A stretch of DNA of 63,153 nucleotides, the filler included, from Phoronis australis (lineage: Eukaryota; Animalia; Phoronida), in assembly GCA_002633005.1 (NCBI GenBank). It is 5 parts of 5 records of this genome, joined end to end, with 100 filler letters (N's around TTAATTAATTAA, not from the genome) between each part and the next. Parts side by side here need not be neighbours in the genome. Positions count along the whole stretch, not along the records: positions 60,063 to 63,153 come from NMRA01002193.1; 4 more parts are not named here. One strand, written 5' to 3'. Below, piece by piece: positions 62,009 through 63,153 of the stretch. Position numbers and translations under genes: made by a program. The notes beneath the pieces were generated by a model. That model saw only the letters and a program-made list of their open reading frames with translations, had not been told where the DNA came from and did no database searches. The first letter of the stretch is position 1; every line of letters begins with the position of its first letter.

Positions 62009-63153
62009 CTAAAGAAATACATGGACTGGTAACTCTAATGTCCGGTCATACTCAGTAAGTTAAACAGAAAATGTCAAAAATAAATTGTATAATATTAGTT
62101 ACAGGGTGATACGAGAGTTCTCAATTCATGTGTTGAGTTTATATCATCCGTCCAACATCAATGGCATTTTAGACCACAAAGTGTAGGCAGATAGTGATAA
62201 TTACACCATAAAGGGATGTCAAGGTAGATGGCACCAGAACACCTTCTGTAATCCAACTGATTGTCACAGACATACTGACATTATCTGTTAAAATCTGATG
62301 GACCAAAAATCTCAGGTAGTGAATTTGATGAAAACAGTCGTGGCAATTCTCCACTTTCGTAGCACAAATTATGGCCGACAAGTGAAATTCTGTTTCGTTA
62401 AATATCTTCACAAAAGTAAAGATTAAAAACATGTTAGACTATTACAATCATGATTTGCAGGATGTAGATGTTATAACACAATATTCAATTTGCTAATGTA
62501 CCAATTATTTGCAAAAATGTAATCAGCCACGGAAATTCACCGTTTTTTCAATTGTTTTTGCGCGAAATAACTGAATTACTGTGTGTTTGCAATTCTCTAG
62601 CTCGTTTGCCTGAAACGTCAACAAATCCGCTAAATCAAAATGTCTGAAAGAGCAGATCTGGGTCTAAGGCTGCGACTTAAGACAGAAACGTGGCCTTATA
62701 CTCCCACTTCAGAATTGGTGAATAAATACTTAGTAAAGAAATTATGAGTGCATTATAGTCTAGAAATGATTCATATCAAATATCTCACGAACCATCAAGT
62801 ATGTGAATAATCTCACAGACAGCACTTTTGTTCAAGCGTGATTCAGTTATTTTTCAATAACAATTGTATGGTGCGTAATACCAAATTTGTCTTAAGACTT
62901 AAGTGACTTCATTAAACAGGCCCAGATTCTGTCACTTAACACCAAACAATCAATAAAAATGCTGTCAACACTTAAGCTTTCTCTATGGATACATGCATAC
63001 AAGCACACAACAAAATGTTAAAACCTAGGCAAGAAGAGCAAGTAATCTGATTAAAGGAATAAATGCTATGGTCATGTTTCCAACTAGACGCAAATACATA
63101 TGGTCTTTATATGAAGGTTAACAAAAACTCTGCAATATCCATAGTCCAATAAC

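Overview
AT-rich, intron-containing animal genomic DNA, not prokaryotic. It looks like an invertebrate (possibly lophotrochozoan), but the taxon cannot be fixed from the sequence. Four artificial 100-nt joins (N44-TTAATTAATTAA-N44) split the window into five pieces whose true adjacency is uncertain. Most short ORFs in the track are noise; real genes appear only after manual splicing. Host genes: (1) the last four coding exons of a type I membrane protein (+, ~359-4165) whose tail (CCCQQR...ENG..NP...MLEK...WVVPID...EDTRL*) resembles vertebrate podocalyxin/endoglycan (CD34 family); (2) an inverted genomic duplicate of its last two exons and 3'UTR (-, ~22.8-24.7 kb) with a TGG>TAG stop that removes the PDZ-type end; (3) a single-coding-exon TRIM-NHL gene (+, 16941-18896); (4) a secreted ZP-domain protein gene (-, TATA box, non-coding exon and five phase-compatible coding exons, 41973-27452, cut by a gap); (5) two exons of a two-pore channel, most like TPC3 (-, 62008-60784), with a tandemly duplicated splice acceptor. 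There are also possible decayed exons of a Cys-rich receptor interleaved with the ZP gene. Mobile DNA: two Gypsy LTR retroelements with tRNA-Leu primer-binding sites, L1/Tx1 and CR1/L2-type LINE fragments, two Academ-like derivatives, a THAP-bearing Kolobok-like element with TTAA target duplication, a Gypsy/inverted-Gypsy/DIRS chimera, MITEs, a tRNA-derived SINE head and microsatellites.
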